From Anaeromyxobacteraceae bacterium (GTDB taxonomy: Bacteria > Myxococcota > Myxococcia > Myxococcales > Anaeromyxobacteraceae), in assembly GCA_035636195.1 (NCBI GenBank), contig DASPZP010000034.1:715-64714 (forward strand): DNA of 64,000 nt, given 5' to 3'. Both the position numbers and the translations under genes were made by a program. Of the stretch, positions 1-8,166 are shown piece after piece. Every line of letters starts with the position of its first letter. Within the stretch, counting starts at the first letter, position 1. The notes beneath the pieces are model-generated. The model saw nothing but the letters and a program-made list of their open reading frames with translations. It did not search any database and had not been told where the DNA came from.

Positions 1-116
1 TCGGCATGGAGCTGTCGATCAGCGGATTGATCGTCGACAGCCACGGAAGTCGCCTGTGGGGCCCAACTGCTCCTCGACCTTTTCATCAACGCGGCGAGGC
101 GATGAGCGCCATGTGA
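1..116 (+). CDS. 3-prime end of a sensor histidine kinase gene (partial, possibly degenerate tail)
   Basis: Frame 3 reads GMELSISGLIVDSHGSRLWG..., resembling the GxGLxIxxxIVExHGGxLW end of HATPase_c kinases. Stop TGA at 114-116. The ORF enters from the left edge. Confidence 0.35.
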   Translation, partial: GMELSISGLIVDSHGSRLWGPTAPRPFHQRGEAMSAM

Positions 117-317
117 TGTGAAACGGCCGCGGGAGCTGGCTTGGCCCGATCGCGTGGACACCAGGGTTAGTGCGCACGCTTCTCGGGCGACATCAGGAAC
201 CGTCCAGGCAAGGTTTGGGCAAGGTCCTGCCCAGCCGAGCGGGATTCATCGGGCCCGAACCAGCCTAGAACCTGCGTTTTGCGCCTATTTCCGAGGGTCC
301 CGCGCCGCCCGATCAAA

Positions 318-362
318 TTCCCAAGCTGAGGGTCGCCGGTTCGAATCCGGTTTCCCGCTCCA
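318..362 (+). repeat. tRNA-Gly(CCC) 3-prime half fragment, att-like copy 1 (not a functional tRNA)
   Basis: TTCCCAAGCTGAGGGTCGCCGGTTCGAATCCGGTTTCCCGCTCCA covers anticodon loop UUCCCAA, 3-prime anticodon stem, variable loop, T arm GCCGG/TTCGAAT/CCGGT, acceptor strand TTCCCGC, discriminator and CCA. No matching 5-prime acceptor strand or D arm lies upstream. Confidence 0.75.
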
Positions 363-370
363 AGTAAATC

Positions 371-400
371 AAGAGGTTCCGTCGCGAGGCGGGACCTCTT
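371..400 (+). terminator. Stem-loop immediately after att copy 1 (11-bp stem, 8-nt loop), terminator-like
   Basis: AAGAGGTTCCG-tcgcgagg-CGGGACCTCTT. The homologous hairpin after copy 2 (12632-12659) carries a compensatory A-T to G-C change. Confidence 0.4.
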
Positions 401-464
401 GGCGTTTCTGGGCAACCGGCTGGGCAACCTTCTTTCGCGGTGGGTTGCGGACGCCGGCGACTGC

Positions 465-1286
465 TCAGTCGAACCGATGACCGTAACGTATCCCCAACCG
501 GTCGAGCCCCTGGTTCGGCCGGGCGAAGCTGCCATTCGACAGGTGCTCCCAGATGACCGAGATGCCCGCGCGCCCGTGCAAGCGCCAGCCGGCCTCGAGC
601 CCGATGTGGAAGAGGAAGCGCGATCCCAGCTCGCTGCGCTGCTGAGTCGCGCGATGCAGCGCACCGTCGTGCCACGCTCCACCCAGGAACGCCTCCGCGA
701 ACGGCCCTGCACGACACGCATGGCCCCAGTCGAGGTCGGCGTAGACGTCATCCGTGTAGCCGGCGAGATTCACGGAGGCGCCCACGCGCGGTCGGGGAGA
801 ACCAATTTGGCGGAGGATCCCGGGGCTCACGAAGATGACCTCGCCGCTCACGTTGACGCCGCGCTCGTGCCGGTGGTGGAACGGGTTGGGGAACGTCAGC
901 CCCGCTCTGTCAGTGAACGCCAGGTCGTTGCTGAGCACGCCCAGGCGCAGCTCGGAGACGACCCCCCATAAAGCACCGGAGGCCCGGATCGGGCCGGCGA
1001 TCGGCGCTCGGCCGGACGGAGGGGGCGTGAACCATTCACCGATCGTGAGGCCGTTCGTGAATATGCACTCATCCAGCAGCTCCGCGCCGAGGACGATCGT
1101 GCGGTTCAGGCGGTACGCGGGGTGTACGCCGACGGGAAAGCTCCGCCCGTCGTAGCAGTAGGGCCACGTGAGGCGCGCGAGCTCAAACGCGACCGTGGGG
1201 CTCGGAGGGGAAGCGACTGCCACCTGGGCGAGGGCGCACAGGCACAGGCACCCTCGCGCGGCACGGCCCACGGGCTGATGCCTCAT
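465..1286 (-). CDS. PagL-like lipid A deacylase / acyloxyacyl hydrolase family outer-membrane protein
   Basis: 273-aa ORF with an N-terminal signal-like segment and a C-terminal VIWEHLSNGSF (His-x-Ser-Asn) motif typical of PagL-type beta-barrel deacylases. Assigned from motif recall, not a search. Confidence 0.7.
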   Translation of the reverse strand: MRHQPVGRAARGCLCLCALAQVAVASPPSPTVAFELARLTWPYCYDGRSFPVGVHPAYRLNRTIVLGAELLDECIFTNGLTIGEWFTPPPSGRAPIAGPIRASGALWGVVSELRLGVLSNDLAFTDRAGLTFPNPFHHRHERGVNVSGEVIFVSPGILRQIGSPRPRVGASVNLAGYTDDVYADLDWGHACRAGPFAEAFLGGAWHDGALHRATQQRSELGSRFLFHIGLEAGWRLHGRAGISVIWEHLSNGSFARPNQGLDRLGIRYGHRFD

Positions 1287-1527
1287 TCGTGATCACCGCG
1301 CACGCGCACGTCTGCAGCTCGGAACCGCGGTCCGAGAGGCGCGTCGTGCGATGAGGTAGTGAACCGTCTCGCGAGGGAGTTGCCGCGACTTGATGGGTCG
1401 CAGCGTGCCGCGCGACGCGGCGGAGGGCGCTCCCCCGAGAAGCGCCCGGCAGGACCACCCCTCGACGAGCACACCTTGCGGCGAACGATGAGCCGGATCG
1501 CGCGGCGCCGGGAGCCGGGCGTCGACG

Positions 1528-2400
1528 TCAGAGGCCGCGCGCCCACTCGGGACGCAGCGGGATGCCACCAGCCAGCGCGCGGTCCACCGTCTCCACGATC
1601 CGGTCTCGGTCGCGCGGCAGGCGCCCCTCGAGCGGCAAGTAGTTGGAGGCGTGGTTGGTGCGGAAGATCGCGGCCGTCGGGGCGGAGGAGACCACGACGA
1701 TGCGCAGCTCGTTCAGCATCTGCTCGACCGAGGGCAGTTCAAAGTCGCCGCGCTCAGCCAGCGTGCTGATGGGGGTGCCCGGAAGGACCGTCAAGGTCAG
1801 GAGCGAGAGGTACTCCGGATCCATCTCGGTAACGAGGCGAGCAGAGCCCTCGGCGTGCTCGCGCGATCGCTCGGTGCCGCCGGCCCCGAGCAGGAAGATG
1901 GCCGAGACCTTCATCCCCGCCCCGTGCGCGCGCTTCGCTGCAAGGGCGTGCTCGGCGAAGCCAGCTCCCTTGGCGATCCGTTGGAAGGTGATGTCGTCGC
2001 CCGTCTCGGGTCCGACGTAGAGGAGCGAGAGCCCCAGCTCGCGTAGCCGTCCCAGCTCGGCGTCACTCTTGCCGGCGACGTTCAGCGCGGTGGCGTAGGC
2101 GCTGACCCGTCGTAGGCGCGGGAAGGCCTCACGGCAGGCGGCGAGGACCGGCTCCCAGTGGCCGAGCTCCATCGCCAGCGCGTCGCCGTCAGCGACGAAG
2201 ATGCGGGTGACCTCCTGGCCGAAAGCGCTGCCGGCGGTTCGGATCTCGGCAACCAGCTCGTCAGTGGGCCGGACCCGGTAGCTCTTCGTCCGGTACATCG
2301 CGCAATAGGTACAGTGGTTCCAGGAGCACCCGATGGTGGCCTGCAGAATGAGTGAGTCGGCCTCGCTGGGCGGGCGGAAGATGGGCTCCTCGTAGTGCAT
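1528..2400 (-). CDS. Radical SAM protein (function unknown)
   Basis: CSWNHCTYC (CxxxCxxC) cluster motif about 25 aa from the MHYEEPIF start. TIM-barrel-like periodicity. Start taken at ATG 2400 rather than the ORF-track start 2514. Confidence 0.85.
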   Translation of the reverse strand: MHYEEPIFRPPSEADSLILQATIGCSWNHCTYCAMYRTKSYRVRPTDELVAEIRTAGSAFGQEVTRIFVADGDALAMELGHWEPVLAACREAFPRLRRVSAYATALNVAGKSDAELGRLRELGLSLLYVGPETGDDITFQRIAKGAGFAEHALAAKRAHGAGMKVSAIFLLGAGGTERSREHAEGSARLVTEMDPEYLSLLTLTVLPGTPISTLAERGDFELPSVEQMLNELRIVVVSSAPTAAIFRTNHASNYLPLEGRLPRDRDRIVETVDRALAGGIPLRPEWARGL

Positions 2401-2440
2401 GGCGGGTGCTGCAAGATACACGGAAACACCAACGCGCCGT

Positions 2441-2870
2441 TCAGCCGAGCTGGTTGCGCACGAGGGCGCGCAGATCGGCGGCGTTGAACGGCTTCTCCAA
2501 CCGCAGATTCGCAACCCGATCGAGGAACCGCTGCGCCGCTGGCGTGAACCCTCCGCCGGTGAGGAAGATCATGCGCGCGGCCTGCCCCGGGTCGGTCTCC
2601 ATTTGAGCTCGTGCGCGACGCCCGCCGCCAACGTGCCGATGGATACCATCCGGTCGGCGACCAGCAGGCGCTTCTGCAGGTCGCGCTCGCGGGTGATGTC
2701 GCGCACCAGCGTGACGATGGCCAGCTCACCGTCGAAGTCGAGCCGGAACCCGACCAGCTCGGCCGGCAGCGTCGTCCCATCCGCGCGGAGCAGCTCGGTC
2801 TCCTTCGGCAGGACCGTCTGCCCAACCTGGATGCGCAGGAGCCGCTTGCGAGACCAGCATTCTTCGGCTC
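2441..2870 (-). pseudogene. Hybrid histidine kinase remnant: PAS end plus H-box fused by deletion/frameshift to a receiver-domain tail
   Basis: One frame gives ...LLRADGTTLPAELVGFRLDFDGELAIVTLVRDITRERDLQKRLLVADRMVSIGTLAAGVAHELK, then stops at 2569. The +1 frame continues METDPGQAARMIFLTGGGFTPAAQRFLDRVANLRLEKPFNAADLRALVRNQLG*, a receiver C-terminus. The DHp remainder, HATPase and most of REC are missing. Confidence 0.6.
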
Positions 2871-3039
2871 GCAGAGCCGAGGGCCTGGGGTTTGAAACCT
2901 TCAACTTCCTGCGAGTGAACGCGGGAGAGTTCGATTGTGATCGCGAGGCCCGGTCCTTGCGACGCGGGTCGCGGTGCCCGCCTCGCCCGACGGCCCGCAC
3001 GTCTGGGAACGCCACCCCGGCGGCGCCTGCGCGCCGCTC

Positions 3040-3490
3040 GGACGTTACCGGAGGCGCGAGCCGGAGAAGACCCTCCTCCACCAGGTCGTGCGCGAGGAGC
3101 TCGAGACGTTCCTCGCCCGCGCTCGCGAGCACAGCGCGCACGGACGCGGCCTGCCGGCCTTCGTCGAGCGGGAGCTGTGCGCCTACCTCGACTGCGGCAT
3201 CCTAGCCCGCGGCTTCGCCCGCCTCCGCTGTCCAGACTGCGGTTTCGAGCGGCTCGTCGCCTTCTCCTGTAAGGCGCACGTGTGCCCCTCCCGCGCCACC
3301 CGGCGGATGGAAGACAGCGCCGATCACTTCGTGCGCAACGTGCTTTCCGCCGGTGCCGGTGCGCCAGAGGGTCCTCTCGCTGCCGCGGCGGGTTCGCTTC
3401 CTGGCCGCCCGCCGTCCCGCCCTCGCCTCGCGCCTGCTCGCCGTCTTCACCCGCGCCGTCTTCGCCTGGCAGCGGCGGCGTTGCTCGGTC
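3040..3490 (+). mobile_element. IS91-family (Y2/HUH) transposase N-terminal remnant, frameshifted and truncated
   Basis: YRRREPEKTLLHQVVREELETFLARAREHSAHGRGLPAFVERELCAYLDCGILARGFARLRCPDCGFERLVAFSCK... is the zinc-binding N-domain pattern. It continues in another frame as PVRQRVLSLPRRVRFLAARRPALASRLLAVFTRAVFAWQRRR. The CPSC motif is degraded and the catalytic part is absent. Confidence 0.6.
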
Positions 3491-3884
3491 TGGGCGAGGG
3501 CGCCTGCGCCGGGGACGGCGCGCTGCCGTGGCCGGCCCCTCCGGAGGCGCTGCGCGCGTCGCTTCTGCCCGTCTGCCTGCGGCCGCTGGTGAGCGCGGGC
3601 GGGGCGCGCGTCCAGCTCGCCAGCTTCCGCGGCGAGCCGGCGCAGGAGCCGCTCTACTTCACGCTTGCCGCGCGCCGGCTCCATGTCGCGCTCGAGTGGC
3701 AGCGCCGCGAGGCGGCGGCCGTGGTGGTGGACCCGACGCGGGCGCCGCCCCGGCCCGAGGCGGTGAGCGCGCTCATCGCCGGGACCGCCGCGCGGGAGCG
3801 GTCGCTCGAGCTCATGTTCCTGGTCGCGCGCGGTCTGGAGACGGCGCTCGCCGGACTGGCGGACCGGTTCATCGTGCGGGCGTC

Positions 3885-5516
3885 CTAGCGCCGCCCGGTC
3901 GCCCCGCCGCCGGCGGTCAGCTCTGTGCCCCCCGGGACCGAACTGATCGGAAGCTCCACGGCGAAGCAGGCGCCTTGGCCGAGCCGGCTCTCGACGTGGA
4001 TCGCCCCCCCGAGCCGGGTAACGATCTCGCGAACGATCCACAGGCCGAGCCCCATCCCAGCGAAGCCGGAGTGCGTCACGGCCCGCTCGAAGCGCTGGAA
4101 GATCCGCTCGTGGTCATCGGGGGCGATCCCGATGCCGCCGTCTGCGACGGAGAGCCGGGCGGTGTCTCCGTTCGACCCGGCGACGACGGAGATGGGCTTG
4201 CCTTTCCCGTACTTGATCGCATTCGAGACGAGATTGCTCACGATGTGATCGAGGCCGCTCTGGTCCCATGCACCCACGACCGGCCCATCGGCCGCGATCT
4301 CGAGCGAGCAACCCGCATCGGAGGCTTCCTGCGCATGGCGCTCGGCCACCTCTCGCACCACCGCGCAGAGGTCCACTTGCTCGATGGAGACGTGGAAGCG
4401 ACCGGCCTGAATCCGGGAGACGTCGAGCAGGTTCTTCACGAGATCGGTGAGGCGACGCACCTGCCGCGAGAGAGCAGCGATCTTGCTTCGCATGAGCGCG
4501 GGAGCGTTCGGGAGCTTCGCCATCGACCGCTCGGCGCTCGCGACGAGTAGCGTGAGGCCCGTGAGTGGCGTCTTCAGCTCGTGAGCGGCGATGGCCAGAA
4601 ATTCGTCTCGTAGGCCGATGGCCTGCTGCGCCTGGCGGTACAGGCGCGCGTTCTCGATGGCCGTCCCGGCGCGTCGCGCGATCTCCTCTGCGAACGCCAG
4701 ATCTTCGGGGCCATAGCGTCGCCCGGGCTCCGAGACGACGAGCGTGATCGCGCCCAGCACGCTCTCGCGTATCACGATCGGCACGACCATCGCCGACGCC
4801 TGGAGCTCCGGCTGCCCGCTCGCCATCACTCGCGCCGCGCCCCGTGAAGCATCCGGATGCGAGCTGGCCAGGGAGTCTTCATCGCGAAGCTCGACCGCGC
4901 AGGCATCGGCGAGCTGCGGTACGACGAGTCGCGCGACGCCGGCGAGCGTCGCTTCGTAGTCGAACGAGGCGGACAGCGCCTTGCTCGCCTCCGCCAGCAG
5001 CCTGGCCCTCCCTTCCATCACCTCGGCGATGGCGCGTGCGGCGCGCTCCTCGGCGAGCACCAGCAACTCGCGGTCCGCCCTCTGCCGGGCCAGGGTGGCG
5101 CCGACCAGGCCTGCGACGCCGAGGTGCGCCTCCAGCGCGTGCGAGGGCAGCGTCCGCTCGCCCTCGTAGCCGATCACCAACGCCGTCTCGGTGCGACCGC
5201 GCACGCTGATCGGGAGGACCACGAAGGCGATGGGCGACGGGCCGTCGAGGCTCTCCATCGCCATCAAGCCGGTCTCCATGACCTGGTCGACCGCCCGCCG
5301 GAGCACCCCGCGGTCGGCCTCGGACAGGCCGCAGTCCTCGCTGCAACGCGACGGCTCGCAGAAGCAGACGATCTCGGGCGCGAAGATGCCGCGGATGAGG
5401 TCGCGGCTCTCGGCCAGGACGTCGGCGCCGCTCAGCATGTTGGCGAAATACTGGGCGGCCCGGACGAATCCCTGTGCGCACGCATCACGGCCGAGGCGGC
5501 TACCGGCGGTGGCCAT
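3885..5516 (-). CDS. GAF-domain sensor histidine kinase (HisKA + HATPase_c)
   Basis: H-box EFLAIAAHELKTPLTGL plus N/G1/G2 boxes (VSNLVSNAIKYG, DGGIGI, GMGLGLWIV). GAF-like N-terminal half with a CFCEPSRCSEDC cysteine cluster. The start lies 2 nt after the upstream stop. Confidence 0.9.
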   Translation of the reverse strand: MATAGSRLGRDACAQGFVRAAQYFANMLSGADVLAESRDLIRGIFAPEIVCFCEPSRCSEDCGLSEADRGVLRRAVDQVMETGLMAMESLDGPSPIAFVVLPISVRGRTETALVIGYEGERTLPSHALEAHLGVAGLVGATLARQRADRELLVLAEERAARAIAEVMEGRARLLAEASKALSASFDYEATLAGVARLVVPQLADACAVELRDEDSLASSHPDASRGAARVMASGQPELQASAMVVPIVIRESVLGAITLVVSEPGRRYGPEDLAFAEEIARRAGTAIENARLYRQAQQAIGLRDEFLAIAAHELKTPLTGLTLLVASAERSMAKLPNAPALMRSKIAALSRQVRRLTDLVKNLLDVSRIQAGRFHVSIEQVDLCAVVREVAERHAQEASDAGCSLEIAADGPVVGAWDQSGLDHIVSNLVSNAIKYGKGKPISVVAGSNGDTARLSVADGGIGIAPDDHERIFQRFERAVTHSGFAGMGLGLWIVREIVTRLGGAIHVESRLGQGACFAVELPISSVPGGTELTAGGGATGRR

Positions 5517-5518
5517 CG

Positions 5519-7129
5519 CTAGTTCCTCACCGCGATGGGGCGGATGTAGAGATGGTCGAGGAAGAGATCATCGAAGGCCTCCTCCATCGAGAGGTTGATC
5601 ACCTTCGCCGTCCGTCTGATCTGCGCCAGCGCCGCCTCGGCCTCGTCGGAGACGATGATGTCGAGGGCCCCCTGCAGCGCGGAGTTGCCGACCAGCTGCA
5701 CGCGCGCGGCGGGGACGGGCGGGAGGAGGCCGATGCGGGCGGCACTCTCGACGTCGAGATGCTGGCCGAAGCTCCCCGCCACGTGGACGGCGCCGAGCTG
5801 ATCGAAGCGCACGCCTGTGCGCCGAAGGAGCACCTCGATCCCGGCTGCGACCGCTGCCTTGGCGCGCTGCAAGGTGTCGATGTCGGCCTTGCTGACTGCG
5901 AACACGGCACCATCGACGGCGAGAGTCAGCGGCTCGCGGAGAATGCGGCCGCGCTCGTCGATCTCGCCCCCGGCCCGCAGGATCGCCAGCATGTCGACCA
6001 GACCCGAGCCGCAGATGCCGCGCGGTGGCGCTGACTCGAAGACCTCGCCGCGCCAGACGCCATCCGGCGAGCGCGACAGTCGATGGATGGCGCCGGGCTC
6101 GGCCCCCATGCCACAGCCGATGCCCGTCGCTTCGAAGGCTGGCCCGCCGGCGGCCGCTGTCGCCCACAGGCGCTCGCCGTCCCACAGGGCGATCTCGGAG
6201 TTCGTGCCGAAGTCGATCAGCAGCGCTGGCGCGCCGTCCTCCGCGAGTCGGCAATGGATCGCGCCCGACAACAGGTCGGACCCCACGAAGCCGCCCAGTG
6301 GTTGCACCAACTCGATCGCGGTCGAAGGGGCCAGGTTCCAAGCCTGAGCCAGCTCCGAGACATCGCCCGGCGAGCAGTCGATCGGCGCCTCCCAGCCGGA
6401 GGGGTCGAGCAGCGCCTCCGGACTCCGGCCGCTCAGCAGGGTCAGCATGGCGGAATTGCCCACGACCCGGACAATGCCCACGCCAGGGAGGGCGATACCC
6501 TCGTCCTGCGACAGATCGAGCAGCGCGCCACCGATCGCATCGACCACCCATCGCCGGAGCCGCTGTGCGGTGAGCTCCCGGCGAGCGGCGGCGTCCAGCC
6601 GCCCGATGACGTCGGCGCCCAGGCGTGCTTGCGGATTGGAGCCCGAGCGCATGGCAAGGCGCCGGCCGCTGGCGACGTCGCAGATCGCCACGGTGATCTG
6701 GGTCGTTCCCAGGTCCACGGCGACGCCCAACGGGAGTCCCCTTGCGGCGCGGCCCGGCGCGAGCGGATAAGCGGGCTGATAGGGCGGAGCGGCCGGCGCG
6801 CGCCAGGAAGAGGGGCGGGCCTGCTCGAGCACGGTGACGTCCATGTCGCCGGAAGGGATGACCTGACAGGCGAGCCGCGTCCTGGCCGCCACGGCCTCCT
6901 CGCCGAGGTGCAGCAACTCCGCGGTGGTCGGCGGCCCTGCGGTGCCTTCGTCGATGCGCACCCGGCATAGCCCGCAGGCTCCGATACCGGAGCAGGCCGA
7001 GCGCACCCGCGCGCTGCTGGCGTTCAAGATGTCGCGCAGGCTGGCGCCCGGCCGGAAGGAGATGTGGCGGGCGGCCTCGTCCCCCTCGCCTTCGAGGCGG
7101 ACCCCGATGTGGCGGACGTTGCTGGCCAT
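5519..7129 (-). CDS. Corrinoid reductive activase-like protein (2Fe-2S ferredoxin domain + ASKHA/DUF4445 domain)
   Basis: N-terminal CSGIGACGLCRV...C plant-type ferredoxin motif, followed by a long ASKHA-like region (DLGTTQITV, IDFGTNSEIAL). ATG 7129 overlaps the stop of the upstream gene. Confidence 0.85.
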   Translation of the reverse strand: MASNVRHIGVRLEGEGDEAARHISFRPGASLRDILNASSARVRSACSGIGACGLCRVRIDEGTAGPPTTAELLHLGEEAVAARTRLACQVIPSGDMDVTVLEQARPSSWRAPAAPPYQPAYPLAPGRAARGLPLGVAVDLGTTQITVAICDVASGRRLAMRSGSNPQARLGADVIGRLDAAARRELTAQRLRRWVVDAIGGALLDLSQDEGIALPGVGIVRVVGNSAMLTLLSGRSPEALLDPSGWEAPIDCSPGDVSELAQAWNLAPSTAIELVQPLGGFVGSDLLSGAIHCRLAEDGAPALLIDFGTNSEIALWDGERLWATAAAGGPAFEATGIGCGMGAEPGAIHRLSRSPDGVWRGEVFESAPPRGICGSGLVDMLAILRAGGEIDERGRILREPLTLAVDGAVFAVSKADIDTLQRAKAAVAAGIEVLLRRTGVRFDQLGAVHVAGSFGQHLDVESAARIGLLPPVPAARVQLVGNSALQGALDIIVSDEAEAALAQIRRTAKVINLSMEEAFDDLFLDHLYIRPIAVRN

Positions 7130-8166
7130 CAAACCTCGCTCTGCCCGCTCTTCCAGGCGAGGGCGGTGCGCACCATCGCAGCGATGGTGGCCTCCTGCGA
7201 TTCCGGGGGAATCTCACATCCGGAGGAGAGGATGAAGCCTCCGCGGCGGTCGAAGACGTTAAGCAGCTGGCGGGCTTCACGCTCCACGTCGGCGGCGCTG
7301 TCCGTGACGAAGCTCAGTGACTTGATGTTGCCATCGAGGCAGAGCCGGGAGTCGCCCAGGGCCTCGAGCAGCGCTTCGGGATCGACGCAGTAGTCGAAGT
7401 TGCCGATGTCGGCGCCCAGCGCCACATAGTGCGGGAGAACAGCCCCGGTCTTCCCGGCAATGTGTAACCAGTTGCCTATTGCGCCAGCCTTCGTGAAGGC
7501 GCCGAAGAGCCACTTCAGCCGCGGGCCGATCATCTCGCGGAACAGGCCGGGAGGCACCACCTCCGGGCACGCTGCCGGCTCGAAGACCAGCACGAGATGC
7601 GCCCCGGCCGCCAGCTGGGCGAGGCCGAAAGCCTTCCCCACCGCCGCAGTGTAGTCGAGCAGCTGAAGGAACCGATCGGGATCGTCGGCGGCGAGGAACA
7701 GCGCCTTCTCGATGCCCAGGAACTGCACCGCCAGGGTCATGGGCCCCTGGACGAGCCCCACCACGAGCGCCTCGTCGCCGCACGCGTCGCGCAGGCAGGT
7801 CGCCATCTCCAGCGCCATCGGCAGGCGCCCCGCCGTCCTGGGATCGGGGATGGTCAGGCGCCGGAAATCGTCGTCGGGGGCTAAGGGCGGCCGGGCCACC
7901 GCCGGATAGACGCCCCGGCGCGACTGGACCTCGCCACCGGCCGCTTCGGCTTCCAGGGTCAAGTCGAGCACGGCGAAGACCGCGTCGTAGCCGTAGCGAG
8001 CCCGCGCCTCGATCTGGCAGGCGGCAGCGACGACCCCCGAGGCCACATAGGCGTCGACGCTGCGGCCGCATGCCAGCGCCGCGTGCGCGAACACCTGCGC
8101 GATCACGGGCGGGCGATCGCAGGCCTGGAAGGCCATGGTGCGGCGAATCCGCGCGACGCTATCCAT
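7129..8166 (-). CDS. Uroporphyrinogen decarboxylase (URO-D) family methyltransferase, MtaA/CmuA-like
   Basis: 345 aa with URO-D-family layout (MAFQACDRPPV..., GFILSSGCEIP). Lies between the corrinoid protein and activase genes and overlaps the upstream gene by 8 nt. Confidence 0.8.
   Translation of the reverse strand: MDSVARIRRTMAFQACDRPPVIAQVFAHAALACGRSVDAYVASGVVAAACQIEARARYGYDAVFAVLDLTLEAEAAGGEVQSRRGVYPAVARPPLAPDDDFRRLTIPDPRTAGRLPMALEMATCLRDACGDEALVVGLVQGPMTLAVQFLGIEKALFLAADDPDRFLQLLDYTAAVGKAFGLAQLAAGAHLVLVFEPAACPEVVPPGLFREMIGPRLKWLFGAFTKAGAIGNWLHIAGKTGAVLPHYVALGADIGNFDYCVDPEALLEALGDSRLCLDGNIKSLSFVTDSAADVEREARQLLNVFDRRGGFILSSGCEIPPESQEATIAAMVRTALAWKSGQSEV

Noticed and set aside
287-362. 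Possible complete tRNA genes at the three TTCGAATCC sites
   Set aside because: I checked about 76 nt upstream of each CCA end. No GCGGGAA acceptor strand, no D arm and no TCAGC 5-prime anticodon stem are present. Identity among the copies begins only at the anticodon loop.
2974-3888. 304-aa ORF treated as one intact gene
   Set aside because: Only the first 110 residues or so resemble an IS91-type transposase N-domain. Homology then continues in a different frame (3353-3490) and stops. The remaining 130 aa have no recognisable features and end in a CTAG shared with the convergent kinase stop.
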